From Eledone cirrhosa (lineage: Eukaryota), in NCBI GenBank assembly GCA_964016885.1, contig OZ024743.1, positions 214,148,001-214,212,000 on the forward strand: 64,000 nt of DNA, given 5' to 3'. The notes under the pieces are model-generated. The model saw only the letters and a list, made by a program, of their open reading frames with translations, did not search any database and had not been told where the DNA came from. Both the position numbers and the translations under genes were made by a program. This document shows positions 26,462 to 40,481 of the stretch, in pieces. The number at the start of each line of letters is the position of its first letter. The first letter of the stretch is position 1.

Positions 26462-28420
26462 CATCATCATCAGGTCGAGCTTGCTCGGCTTTCTACGACA
26501 CGTTTCCTCCATCCATCTCTGTCTCTTATAGCGTTTGCCAGTTCTTCTGCAGTGCATCCAGTATCGTCATCAAGTTGATTGACGTATGTCTTCTTGGGAC
26601 GACCAGCATTTCTTGCTCCATGAGATGGATTCCATAACAACACATCACTTGCTACTTCTTCTTTGCTGCGCCAAAAGTGGCCAGCAAATCTGAGTCTCTG
26701 TCCACGTATTGACCTGCTGATAGGTGGTATATTGCCATAGAGATCCTTATTTGTTGGGTGTTCCCTCCAAGACACGTTTAAAGCAGCGCGGAGCATACGC
26801 ATGTATGCCCCGTCTAGCTTTTTATCCAATTTCCACGTTAGCGTCCAAGTGATAGAGCCATAAACGAGCACAGATTCCATAGCAGCTCTGAAGAAATTCC
26901 TTTTCAGTTTGGCCGGGAGGTTTGATTTCCATATCTTTTCCATTGCATTTAATGCTCCCCAGGCTTTACCCAGTCTGATGTTAACATCATGTTCTGTGGA
27001 GGCGATATAGCTACCCAGGTATTTGAAGTCGTCAACTTGCTTGATTATATCGCTGTTTAGACTTCGCAGACCAACTGAGGAGTCTTGGTTCAGGCAAATA
27101 TATTCTGTTTTGCCTGCGTTGACATAGAGTTCGATTTCCTTTGCAACTGATTCGATGCTGTGAAGTAGTGATGTTGCATCCTTAAGGTAGTCAATGAGGA
27201 CCGCTAAATCATCCGCATAGTCAGCATCGGTGATTTTCTTAGCTGCATGGCGTCTACACTTTCGCTTTGTGAGAGTGAAACCAAGCTCGTCCAGGGCTTT
27301 TCTCAATACATAGTCGAGGCAGTGGATAAAAATATATGGAGTACTCCTGCAATGATGTCAAAGAAGTTGGTATCTCCATCAGGTGAGCGCACCATTGCGC
27401 GGGTGTTTGTATATAACATCATGATGGCATTTACTGTTTCCTTTGGCAAGCCGTAGGCTAGAAGTATCTCTCTCATCCTCCCACGATGGATGGAATCGAA
27501 TGCTCTTGAAAGGTCAATAAACAGGAGAGTTTCATGGGAGGTTTTTGGCTTTTACGCCTTCCAAGATACGCTGAATAGTAAGTATGTGCCCTGATATAGA
27601 TCTGTTGGTGCGGAAGACATTTATTTTTTTTCTCAGCAAGGGGTCAATGACAGGTCTTATTAATTATAATAATAATAATGAAATGATTGTGTACAGTGCT
27701 CAGGTGCACTACAACTCATCAAAGCATGATATCTTTGCGGCAATTGCCATTAGTGTTATGCCACGGTAGTTTTCAGCCATTCCAAGATCGCCCTTTTTGG
27801 GAAAAAGGAGTATACATCCCTCAGTCCATTTGTCTATGGGGTCTTGATTATAGACACTATTACACAACTCTAGTAGGATTGGGTGAAATTCAGGTACCTT
27901 CCACACTTCAGCTGGGATCTCATCGAGTCCGCACGCTTTTCCGTTACCAATACTTTTCACTGCCTTCTGTAGTTCCTCCATAGTGAAAGGACCTTTCTGT
28001 ATTTGGTGTTCCTCTGTAAAAACGGGTATTATTTCTTCTTCGATGATCTGTGGTGCTTTGCCAAGTAGGTTCTGAAAATGTTTTGCCACAGTTTTAAACG
28101 TTCGTCTTGGCTGGAGGCTTTCAGTTTGGCTCTGTCGCTACTTTTTCTGCCATTAAATTTCATTGACAGTTTTCCAGGCTTCAGCAGACTTCTTATTGCT
28201 GACAGTACTCGAGATATGATTGATCTTTCTCTGCATGTATTCGGCTTGCTCAATTTCATACTCACTTTTGAGTGCTATACAAGCAGCATTGAAGTTACCA
28301 ATGTTTTCTGGAGATCGTTGAGTGTCTTTCAATTCTGCAGCTTTTCGCAACTCTTTGCGCTTTTGGCTATCCTCTCTGTTTCCCAGGGTTTTCGTTTTTT
28401 AACCTTGGGTTTTAAAGGGG
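26462..28420 (-). mobile_element. 5'-truncated RTE-like LINE, frameshifted RT
   Basis: GKACGLDEIP, PKKGDL..NYRGITL, YADDL, FKYLGS, RLRFAGH, GRPKKT; (TGA)n tail. Confidence 0.93.
27661..27727 (-). mobile_element. Short retroelement 3'-end insertion with an (ATT)n tail inside the LINE
   Basis: Non-coding ~65 bp interrupts the RT between AIAAKI and RPVIDP. Confidence 0.55.
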
Positions 28421-28769
28421 TTTACATTGTACATTTTAACCATTCTGCTCTGATGATACAGTGGTCACATCATTTGATAATTGAGTTTTGCAAATAGTTA
28501 TAAATTTGCACATAGCATAACTAGGCTGTATAACAACCGTGGAAACAATTGTAAGCACACAGAATAAATTACCTTTTTATGATGTCTACCTGTTATTATT
28601 CATTCTTTATATATATATAATAATGTACACACCGTATATCATTAGATATGCAAACTTCACATACTGATATGTATATAGCTATGTTGGAACAAAGCGTATA
28701 TTTTCGCCTGATTGAAATAGAGTAGGTATTTGTTTAAACAGAGAAATTGTTCTCTGGCTGATTCGCGTG

Positions 28770-29851
28770 TTCCAGGTGATCTGGGTCTCTGGCAGGGTAC
28801 CTAAGTAATGGCAATCGGGAGTGAGAGTGCCAATTTTCAAAATAGGGAGACAAGAAAATTTGCTACAATTTTGGAGCGATCCCCTTCTTAAGCCTCTTCG
28901 GTAAGGTCTATGCTAAGTTTTTCGCAAAGGGATATAGGGACATTGTTGAATTAAAGCTAACTAATGAATAGTGTAGCTTTCGCCCCAGACATAACACAGT
29001 CGAGCAAATATTCCCTCTACGGCATGTCCTTTCAAGATTGTGTGGGTACTGCAAAGGTTCCTTTCTTGCTTTATAGACCCCGAAAATGCATATTACCGCG
29101 TTTAATGGGCCAGGTTTGGTAGTTTCTGCAGGAATATAGGATCAACGATCAGGTTCTTCTTGCCCTACGTCTCTATATGAATACCAGAGCATTTCTGTTT
29201 GGATAATGGTGCTAAATGGGCACCATTCAGTGTAAGAGTCAGAATCTACCATCTCTCCTGTCCATAAATCGTCATTACAGAATTGGCATGTGCAGCTGGA
29301 TTGGAATTGGTTTCACTATTGGCGGATACAGGAACTTTCAGGACTGGAATTTTCAGTCGACTTGGAATTAATTAACTCGTCAGAATTTGATCACAGTCAT
29401 TTACTTGTTCTGGAGTGCTACAATGTATGAGACACCGTTTCTCACAAGGATACGTACAAGTATCTTGGGCTGCGTTCACAAATGATAGTAGGCAGAGGAC
29501 TGAAATAAGTACAAGAATGACAGGATATGTAACGTCAACGTCTGCATTCGCTGATCAGAAGAAGTGAAGTATGTGTAAAAGCCAAACTTGTTATCTTGTC
29601 AGGAACGAATCGTTGAACATAGTTTACGAGCAAAAACCAGCCAATCACGATGTTTGGATAACATCCATGAGCTCGGTTCTTCTCGCCTGGGGATCCAACC
29701 GTATCAATTAGAGAAGGCTGATTTTGATAGAACCCGTTGGAAGTAGTGTTTGAGACTCTCCTCGCTCGCACAACACTCCCAGAAATAAGTGGCTGAAGAA
29801 GAAGAAGAAGAAGAAGAAGAAGAAGAAGAAGAAGAAGAAGAAGAAGAAGAA
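28770..29851 (+). mobile_element. Highly degenerate RTE-like LINE with a (GAA)n tail
   Basis: Remnants WQSGV.VPIFK, FRP, YKYLG.AFT, LDNIHELG. Confidence 0.7.
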
Positions 29852-30049
29852 CCCACTGGATGCATTATGATAATTTGATCGGAAATAAAGCTACAACAGA
29901 ACTTAATTGTGGAATTGTACCAGAAAAACATATATATAACAGACAACTCCTGAAACAACAAACAAATATTGCATAGAAAATTTAATAATATAATTCGATC
30001 GACATGCATTGAAGGAAATGGGAAATGGTTAATATATTCCAGGGGACCA

Positions 30050-31900
30050 GAGACAACTTTTGCTGAAATTTTCTGAAGCCATAATGTAAATAAATCGATT
30101 CTCTATATTTGCATGTAAGCAGTTTGTGAATGCCTAGCGCTTGATAAGAATTGATGTGAAATACATTTTATGTAGTAAATATATCCAACGTATTACACAA
30201 AAATAAATTTATAACCTTAAACTGACAGAAACATTATCTGAAAAGAAAAGTGGGGTTGTTTTAAGCGAATACGTGTACTGTCCGTTTAAAGAAAAAAAAC
30301 ATTTGCTCAAATTATGCTTCTTATGCATTAAAAGAGTTTAACAAATCTGAAGCAACATAAAAATGAATGAGACTTCTAATAAAATATATATTGATTCACA
30401 AATTTGTTCAAATAACCATGCAGGTGGGAAAATAGTACTTAATTTACAATTAGAAGATAGGTGAAAATATGATATCGCCCATGTGATATCTATAATAGAC
30501 ATAAAGAAATGAATGAAAAATATATGGTAAATATCAGTTGAAAATAGTAGCTCCTGAATCTGAACAGAAATAACTATCGTTTCTAAAATAATTTGAAGGC
30601 TCTATATTTGGATATGAGAGTTAGTCAATAAATATGGTCTCAGGACTTGACTGTTAGTTTATTAGTATCAAACCTGGGTGTATAAAGGGAATGATCTCGG
30701 GAGGTAAAGAGAAGAACAAACTGGGCAAACAATGTTTTTCTAAGCCGTTTTTATGATTCAGTTTTTCCACATGCAATACATAGCATCACTAAAATATTTT
30801 AGAAGTGATAATCATTTGAAACCATCAGAAAAATATCACTGAATTAAGTCAATTCCTACTCCATATATTTCATATTGACATATCAATGTTACAATAGGTT
30901 CTTTTCTGCAACTCTAAGCTATAAGAGATGTCTGAAGCACAGACTCAATTTTGACATAGTAGCTATAAATCATTACACTAGAGAAAATATATTTTCAAGC
31001 TGATATTATCCACATAAATGATTAGAAAGAAATTCAGAACGAATGTAATGAATACTCTATATTATTTTAGCTCTGATTAGGGCGGAGTAACGGCTGTATT
31101 AGTAGCGCGTCAGACAACATGCTTTGCAGCATATAATTATTGTCCTTTACGTTCTGAGTTCAAATCCCGCCGAGGTTTTGCCTTCCATCCTTACAGTGTC
31201 GATAAAATAAAACGCCAGTAATGCACTGGGATAATTATTGGCTTTGTTCCAAAAGAAGAAACAATAATTTTAGTTCTGAAATTTTAATCACTATTTTTAC
31301 AGTTTAGGGTTGCACATCATGTGGCAGGAGACAAAACGAAGATAACTAGCGTGTGGGAATCTACATGGTAGTTTCATTTTATAGGAATTGAGTACATTAT
31401 ACTTGAGATAACCGCCATATTTGTTTTCTATTTTTGCATGTTACTAGTCATGAATCCTTCAGTGACTAGTGACTGAAGGATCAATGAATTTGTTAACACG
31501 TTATTCTAGTTTATCCTTTCAGTCTTATACAATTGACTTCTTTACATACAGCTAGAATCAAAAGCCATATCAACTATTGTTGCGATACAATTTCTATTGA
31601 GGAGATCATAAAACGTAATAATTGGTTTCGGTGTTAGGATTATGTAGAATCTAGAAACGGATAATAATGTATAGCTGAAGGTAATATATTTCACAATTAC
31701 TCTATATGAGACAGACAAAATAAGCTTTTTTTTTCTTGATTGTTAGAGTCGCTTTGGGAATAAAGTTATTGTCTATTTGTAGACTTCTATCCACTGATGG
31801 TACGAGGGAAGCAGACGTATGTATTAATTAGAAAAGTAGTAAAACAGAGATTGGTGAGTTGAAAAGCAATTTAACAAACGAAGATATTATTCGCTAAATG
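30050..31900 (+). pseudogene. TLR-like pseudogene (LRR, transmembrane, TIR remnants)
   Basis: LHKNKFITLN (30193), KSLTNLKQ (30332), TM-like YIILEITAIFVFYFCMLLVM (31393), TIR-like VESR and LLES downstream. Confidence 0.5.
31078..31270 (+). mobile_element. tRNA-derived SINE
   Basis: Same family as 19055. TSD ~TTTTAG(C/T)TCTGA. Confidence 0.85.
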
Positions 31901-32499
31901 AAATGTATAGCACATACATAAACTATAGCCACTTTTGTTCTTACACCCGGAGAAGAAGAAGAAGAAGAAGAAGAAGAAGAAGAAGAAGAAGAAGAAGAAG
32001 AAGAAGAAGAAGAAGAAGAAGAAGAAGAAGAAGAAGAATTTTTATTGTTCTTTTTTTTTGCTAGATGAAGCTAAAATTTAGATCGATCATTCGTTCTCGT
32101 GATTTCTCTGCGAGGCTTGCGCTGTTTGTGGGTAGTCCCCACTCGCATCGCACCCAACCTTTCATTATCGTGCTCTTTCTGTCAAGGCTTTCTCTGGCTG
32201 TGTGTCGTTCACCCTTTGGATTGTGTTCACTTTCATCGGACCCGACCGTCTATTCTCCTAATCGTTCTGCTGCACAAGCACTGATATTTCCATTTTAATA
32301 CTCACCGGAATTAAAATGGTGCTAGATTTAAGCAGCGTCATGGAGGACCTTTTCAACAACATTGGCGACTGCAACTTATACTTTAATATAACAGGCGTTA
32401 TAATAAGTAGTCCAGATGGTTTCTCTGCGCCGAAACATTGGAAGTAGTATTTTCCTGTATGGAGATGATCAAGAAGAGTTATATAGCTGTACATGGAAT

Positions 32500-32995
32500 T
32501 GAGATTCTTAGACTCGTCTGAGACAGGAATGACCTAGACAGGCATGAACATAGACGCCTCTCTCCCATTATATCAGGGAATGGCAGACCTCAAAGAATTA
32601 TCTCACTGTCCATACAAAGCTATACATAGCTAGACGTGCACCGTGGGTTAGTATACCAATATTATCTCGTTGATATATATCGAAGTTCAATGACAAAACA
32701 TATATCTAGGAAGAGCGGTGGCCATTAGAGTCAGCATTGATGGGGATGTGGGAAACATCTTTAATGTATGGTGGAATAGAAGATTTTAGGAACCACTAGC
32801 AGATAACTCTATAATCTTAATGATGTACTCCCGCTATGTAGACGATACAAATATAGTAGTAAAGTCAACTCCGCATAAAAATATTCAGGAATTAAAGAGA
32901 AGCATCAGGAAGAACAGTCAACAAATAGCCAACTCCATCCACCTAGGAATTAAATAAACAATATAACACCCAGACAAGAGACTATATTTTCAGAC
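32500..32995 (+). pseudogene. Penelope-like RT remnant (YVDD type)
   Basis: AIRVSIDGDVGNIFNVWWNRR and MYSRYVDDTNIVV. Confidence 0.75.
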
Positions 32996-33152
32996 ACATA
33001 ATATTTCATCCACCGGAGGCAGTCGTCTGGATACAACGAGTGAGCCAGGATCCTGGTATCAAAAAAAAAGCCAGCGAAAAATTGAAAAATATCATATCTA
33101 TAACTAAGTGTATTAGTATATGTAATTCCATATATATATATATATATATATG

Positions 33153-33232
<80 letters not shown>

Positions 33233-33478
33233 CTGGAACGAAATCATAGGATAGGACCGAAATACCTACGATCGTTTTCCCACTCACCCAATGCTTTATT
33301 TAAGCCAGTATCATTAACATACCAGCCAAAAGGAAAGCAGAGTGCACACCTATACGTTAAATAGTTGGAAAAAACGATTTCTTGTGCGTATAGAATTTGA
33401 TTATGTGTGTTTGCGTGTGTATGTGTGTGTAAGTATGTACGTATCACATATATATATGTGTATATATATATGCCTATT

Positions 33479-33509
<31 letters not shown>

Positions 33510-33584
33510 TTAGAGTTTCTAACTCAATATATACCCTTGATATAGTCGGGTCCTTCACATGTTGTCGAGCTAATTTAGATGTGT

Positions 33585-33659
33585 ACACCCACTGATGAGC
33601 AACGTATTGGTAATTTCCTTCCCTAAAGTTGCGAACAGCCAACCAAACTGTCTGGGCGT
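33585..33659 (+). ncRNA. Hammerhead motif lacking one A of GAAA
   Basis: ACACCCA CTGATGA GCAAC...GTTGC GAA CAG CCAACCAAA CTG TC TGGGCGT, inside a (TA)n-flanked island. Confidence 0.65.
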
Positions 33660-33894
33660 TCCGGCAGTTGCCCAATATAAATGTGTATTTCTTTTTCTTG
33701 ATTTATTATTTTAAATTGAGTCTGGCAAACCATATTGTTAATAGTTAGTGTTTTTTCACCCTAGCGAACTTGGCCCCTTACGATTTGAACACATGTATGT
33801 TTATATCTGTGTTTATCTCTCTTTTATATTCAATTATATTACACGGCTCAGAAAAATGTCTTTCTTTGAGCTATTTAATTGTAAGATACCTTTG

Positions 33895-34037
<143 letters not shown>

Positions 34038-34147
34038 TATATGTGTGTGAGCGTGTGTGTGTGTGTGTGTGTGTGAATATGCCTATATATATAAGTGTAT
34101 ATATATATATATATATATATATATGTTCAACTATCATTATTTCTTAA

Positions 34148-34338
34148 GGCGGTGGATTGGCAGTATCGGTAGAGGGTCGGACGCCATGCTTTCCAGCATA
34201 GTTACGTCCCTTTACGATCTGAGTTCAAATCCCGCCGAGGTTGACTTTGCCTTTCATCCTTACGGGGTCGATAAAATAAAGTACCAGTAATGTACTGGGG
34301 GATTGCTGGCCTTGTGCCTAAAATAGAAACAATTATTT
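34148..34338 (+). mobile_element. tRNA-derived SINE, full length
   Basis: Closely similar to 19055 and 37765. Confidence 0.9.
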
Positions 34339-34399
34339 ATTGCTATCTCTCTATGTGTGTATATACATCTCTGTCCGCCTATATGTCTATCTTCCAGAA

Positions 34400-36400
34400 G
34401 CAGAGTTTCCTGTTATAAGTAAGCTGATATTGAGTAAGTTATGGAAGGTGAATATATCAAATCTATTGTGCATTACATTTACTTCGGATTTTATTAATTG
34501 AATTTAGTTTATCGAAGCTACTTCTGAAATTATACTCTTTAGTCAAGTTTTCTTTAATTCGATTCCACCAATTTTCTCCACATAATTTGATTTAATTCAG
34601 TAAAACTTTTGCTCAGCTTATTTAGTATTTTCACAAAGTTGGGTGCCGTCTGTGCGCTATTGACGTTAGTGAAACACAAATATATTAATACATAACATTA
34701 TTATCGATTTTGCACCTGAGAAATGGAGATAGACATCGAGAAAATAGATATTTGATATTGCGATTGTGAACTTTCATTTTTGTTATTGATATATATAACA
34801 GAGAATACCTATGATCAGAGGCTAGATGGCAATAACCATATCGTAATCTTTCTGTCAGGGTTTGCAATATCCAAAGTTTTTTTTTTTAACGTGATTCTTC
34901 ATAATTTAAGAGAGATTTGGTATCTAGTTTTAGTTTTTTGTACAGAGCATGTAAATGTTCTAAATAGGGTCTGTTATAATTGTTGTTTTGTCAATATAAT
35001 TTTGATAGAGCATCGGACTACATGTTTTGCGGCATATTTTTAGATCTCCTTACGTTCTGAGTTCAAATCACGCAAAGGTAAGCTTTGCTTTCATCCTTAT
35101 AGAATCGATACCACAAATTACCAGGAACGCACTGGCGTTGATTTTATCAACTTCCCCTCCCTCCCTCATTTGACAGTATGCCGAAATCAGAAACCATTGT
35201 AAACCTCTTGAACATGAAAATGTTAAGAAAGAACCATATAGAGACTTCACTTAAGATTATATTTAGGATTAGATTTATTGCAACATTTGAAAGCCTATAC
35301 AAGAATAAATATAAAAATACTGCATGCATCGTACTTCAAAAATATCTATTGACATAAATTCAATAGATGGAAATAGATAGAAATAGATAGATGGAAATAG
35401 AAGGAAATAGATAGAATTGCACCAAAGTTTTGTGAAATAAAAAAATTCATTAATGCAAGATGAAACTGGGTTTTGCATATGAAATTATCAAAAGATTCTA
35501 GTATGGCAAATATTTTGTCAGCCATATTCATCAGCCTCAGTACCTTTGCTACCACGAAGAGAAACTTCCTCGGATATTCCTCCTCTTAACACGTGCTACT
35601 GGGTGTCTCTTCCCGTGCTTTTAATAAGTTCTATTGCCGTCATCAATTTCGTCTGCTTTCTGAATTATACGATGAACAGCCCTTCCTCGGAATCTTTCAA
35701 AATCTTATCCCACCATATAATATGATTGACTAAAATAGTGAACATCAGCACATTAGATGAAGCTGTTATATTGGATATTGCTGACTTGATACTACAGTAC
35801 TTCATGGGATTATACGTTATCAGCGATATTGTGTCTTCCGTATTGTTGTCATCATCTATCATCACATTCAGATATGTTCAATTATAATTATACACAGATA
35901 ATCAAACACGTAGCTAAAACAAATTTCACAAGGATGTACACTTGTTTATCATTATCACTGACCCTATGGTGAGAACATCAATATGAAATGGCGTATTCTA
36001 AATTTTTTAATCCTTCTTCGTCAGCAGAATATTTGAAATATTTTCCTGTTAGATTGTATTGTATGATTGAAGTTTGAGAATAAAAATTAATAAAATTGCG
36101 TACGTTGAATTTTGATTCCTTGGTAATAGCACATCTGTAGCAAGTGCATAGCTTTCAGAAGACGCAGAAATACTGATCTCTCCAACAACACTAATGTTAA
36201 ACGTTGTAACAGTCTCTACCCTCCCAACAAGTTCCACTTTCACGTTTATAAGACAGGTAACATATAGTTTTTATTGCCAAATTGTACAAGATGCTACTGA
36301 ACTGAAGCTCCATATTTGACATATATATCATTTCAAAATTAACTGGAGCATTTCGAGGAGTTATGCTTGACTTAATGTTTGTTTTTGAGAATGTATTATT
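34400..36400 (-). pseudogene. TLR-like pseudogene; SINE fragment inserted at 35045-35160
   Basis: ILKLQSYNTI; FTCSV; CKP*QKDYDMVIAI*PLIIGILCYI (TM-like), then HNRNIKYLF and a degenerate TIR-like region. Confidence 0.5.
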
Positions 36401-37249
36401 AAATTTTGAAAGATAATGCCCGAAAACATATATCGACGCTACAATAACAAATTAGTACAAAGGAAATCAGTTTTAGTAAACCAATGTTCAATGATCCTAG
36501 CCTACAGCACACTAACAAGACAAGTGTTTAGGTATATTAAAGAAGCGTGTGAAAGCAAATTGATGAGGTGGTATGACACTGGAAAGGATCAATGAATGCA
36601 TTTGAAAAGTAAGCGAATAAAGAGGCTTGATAATTAGTTGGGGTTGCTAGATAGAAAGATTATATTTCTTGGAGTGGGTTTTAAAACGAAATAGAAACAT
36701 AATATGGAGCGGTGAAATGCTGTTAGATTTCGGTGTTTCATTTTGCCTCACTCCATTTATCATGTAAATCCCCCAGTACATATCATAATAAAGGAGAAGA
36801 AACAAGAGAGTATATCATAACAAGAGAATTCATTTTCCCATAATAACCCGAATGTTTATTTTTGAATGAACTTAAAATTTACGATGAGGTTACCATATTT
36901 AGTCGAAACATTCGGTGTGACACGCTCTCTTGGTGCATTCTAATCATGGGTTTCTACAACACTGACATTTAGAATGGCAGAGGAGATCAACGTATTCATG
37001 TATATATATATATTTATATATATGCACATTGTACTGTTTTCAGGAGACTTTTTACAAACAATCTGCGAATAAATCGATAGTAAGTTTTAACGTCATCTGT
37101 GACGCAGATTTTTCTTATTGGACATATATTTACTTCCTTTCGAAAGTCGAGATGATATAAGTGTCAAAACGACGGTATCAAATTCTGAATGTGTGGAGAG
37201 AGTAGTTAATTAAATTTATGTTTTTCGGTTGACAGAGGCATCTGAAAGG

Positions 37250-39250
37250 ACCTAGCGGCAAAAAGTTTGTTGTAGTATGACTTTTACCCCATAGGGTCTA
37301 ATCGGCATTTCCTGTCGCCTGGCAAACATTATTTCTTCCATTTATTAGAAATAAATTCAGCTTCATTTTCTTAATGTAATGCTGTGAAAAGTTTAATAAT
37401 TGTTTCCTCTTCAAGTTGTTCTAATATTTATTTTGGTGGTAAGAATAGGATGTACGACGTGGAGCTGAAAATTTCTCAGGCTGGAAATCCATACGCTGAC
37501 CAAAATGTTCTCAGGGAATGACAAATATAGATTATCTCTACACACATTTCCTGGAAAGGAGCAATCTAGTTATTAATAATAGATTCATTAATACATGCAA
37601 GATTTCACAGCTCTTGCATCACTCCTTTCATAGTCAGCCTATGGAATTTTCAACCTACCGTCGTAGAAACAATGAGGGAAAAACAAATAAGTATAGAAGT
37701 CGTATAAAATGCAGTTACTTTTAAAACAATAAATAGTTATGGCTTTCAGGCCAGTAGTGGTAATAATTGTTTCTACTTTAGGCACAATGCCAGCAATTAC
37801 CCAGTGCATTACTGGTTCTTTATTTTATCGACCCCGTAAGGATGAAAGGCAAAGTCAACCTCGGCGGGATTTGAACTCAGATCGTAAAGGGACGTAACTA
37901 TGCTGGGAAGCATGGCGTCGGACCCTCTACCGATACTGCCAATCCACCACCCAGTAGTGGTAATAATGTTTTCTGATTCAGGCGCAAGGCCAGAAGTTTT
38001 GGGGGAGATGAACTTTGATCAAATTGTCCCCAGTGCTTTACTGATACTCATTTTATCGATCCCGTATAGACGAAAGGCAAAGATTTGAATTCTGACCGTA
38101 AAGAGTCGTTCCACAAAGCTGACCGCATGTAAACCGACACTCTACCTATGCTGTCAATCCATCGTCCTCATTAATGGTAATAATGAAAGAATATAAACAA
38201 TAGACTAAATATATGGTTTCAAACAATAGTGTCCGAATTGTGGAGGAAATACTTTGTTACATTCATACTAGGCTGTTTTACATGCTTTTTGGGAAACCTA
38301 AAGAATCTTTAATTTACATTAATACACTTCCAAAACATTCTAAGATTACTAACAACCTAGCTAAGAATATCTTCTTTAGTATCTCTCTATATATGTGTAA
38401 ATATTTCACCACATAGTATAGTATACTCCGCTGCGGAGGCCTAATAAGATTGTTTTTATCAATTATCTTTTTCAATCAGGTCCCTGAAATATGCTCTTCG
38501 TGTTGGACGACTATCATATGTATTATCTGCTTAGTGTGTTAGTTTCAGAGTTAACCACTCCAAGAATTAGGTGCTTTTCTACTAAATACTTGGCCGTGTA
38601 TTCGTAAGCTAACTCTGCAACTGTATGATTGACATTAATGTATCTTTCATACATTTGAAGGCTCTAATCGAAATAAACTTATTTTCACCTAAAAAATAAT
38701 CAGGTTTGCTCACGCAGATCCGAGGAAAATATATATGTATTGAAGTTCCGAAGAAAATATGTTTATACAATTTTCCACTTACTCACGAGAAAATATTCAA
38801 TGAACACATGCTTACGCATGGTATCAAATTTCTTTTATAAATCAAGTATTCTATTTTTTCCAACACTATTCTTTCTAAGGCAAATGTGTGATTTCATTCC
38901 GAAACCCGTTTCTTGAGCCACTACTTGAAAATAAAAGTAGACAATTCTAAACTAATTACACGTTAGACTAATGTATTTTTGGTATTCTTAAATGCTTACT
39001 AATTTAGAGTTGAAATGGGACATTTGTAAACGACAAATGGTAGTTAAGTGTTTGAGAAGCATTTAACCTACAGGCAATGTCGAAAACCAAATCCGTAACG
39101 CTGATTTTACGCCTTTTATTAGCTCATAATTCTTTTTGAATTGCAGTTCCACAAGCAAGTGTCAGTTATGTTCAGCACTTCAAGTATAGAATGTGCTTTG
39201 AATAATATTATATGTTAATATAAAGCATATAAAATGAATCAGCGTTATAT
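37250..39250 (+). pseudogene. TLR-like pseudogene interrupted by SINEs
   Basis: GMTNIDYLY (37515), NLAKNIFFSI, LCNC (38613), box-2-like CDFIP (38887), VDNSKLI...FRVEMG. Confidence 0.55.
37765..38170 (-). mobile_element. Two adjacent SINEs: a young copy (37765-37950) at the tail of an older copy
   Basis: 17-bp TSD CCAGTAGTGGTAATAAT at 37751 and 37951. Confidence 0.88.
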
Positions 39251-39308
39251 TTTGAATTGTGATTTGAAGCATTTTGAGACGATGTAGAAATGTTTCTTAC
39301 TCTCTAAT

Positions 39309-39366
<58 letters not shown>

Positions 39367-39433
39367 ATTCTTGAGTACAATGTAATAAGCACTTTAACAG
39401 AAAACCATATATATATATATATATACGTATATA

Positions 39434-39466
<33 letters not shown>

Positions 39467-39700
39467 GTTGTTATACTTTGGGAGGGTCATGTTGACAATA
39501 GGAAAACACAGGCACTAGTTGTTTCACTCCAATTTATTATAAATTAAATTTATAAATTTAATTTATAATAAATTGGAGTGAAAGCAACTGGTGCGTGTGT
39601 TTCTTATTTGCAACATGACCCTCACAAAGTATAACAATATCGGTTTCAAGACAGGTTTTCAGATAAAAAATCTTGCTAAACAAAATCAGAAACGAAATAT
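39467..39700. mobile_element. Fold-back fragment of the family-C pLTR 3' end
   Basis: 39467-39550 is the inverse of 39560-39640. Matches 51580-51712. Confidence 0.85.
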
Positions 39701-39723
39701 ATATATATATATTTATATATAAT

Positions 39724-39764
<41 letters not shown>

Positions 39765-40051
39765 TATATTATATATATATATTTATACATATGCATATAT
39801 ATATATACATATATATACATATACATATATATATACATGTATATATATATATTAGGTATAGGATTATCCAAGATGTAGTGATGGTTAATTACTACACTGG
39901 ATATGGTTGACGTACGGTAAGAGGTTACTCTACGAGTTATGGAAGAATTGTTCAAGAAACTTAGTTCCTGATCCTTCAGTATTCCGGAGTGTATATAAAG
40001 AATGAATAATAACAGGTAGACATGGATGTCTACCTGTTATTATTCATACTT

Positions 40052-40089
<38 letters not shown>

Positions 40090-40146
40090 TATACATATAT
40101 ATACATATATATATATACATATATATACATATATATATATATATAC

Positions 40147-40237
<91 letters not shown>

Positions 40238-40247
40238 TATACACACA

Positions 40248-40281
<34 letters not shown>

Positions 40282-40290
40282 CATATATAT

Positions 40291-40441
<151 letters not shown>

Positions 40442-40481
40442 GATAGTAAGAAACATTTCTAATCGTCTCAATATGTATATA

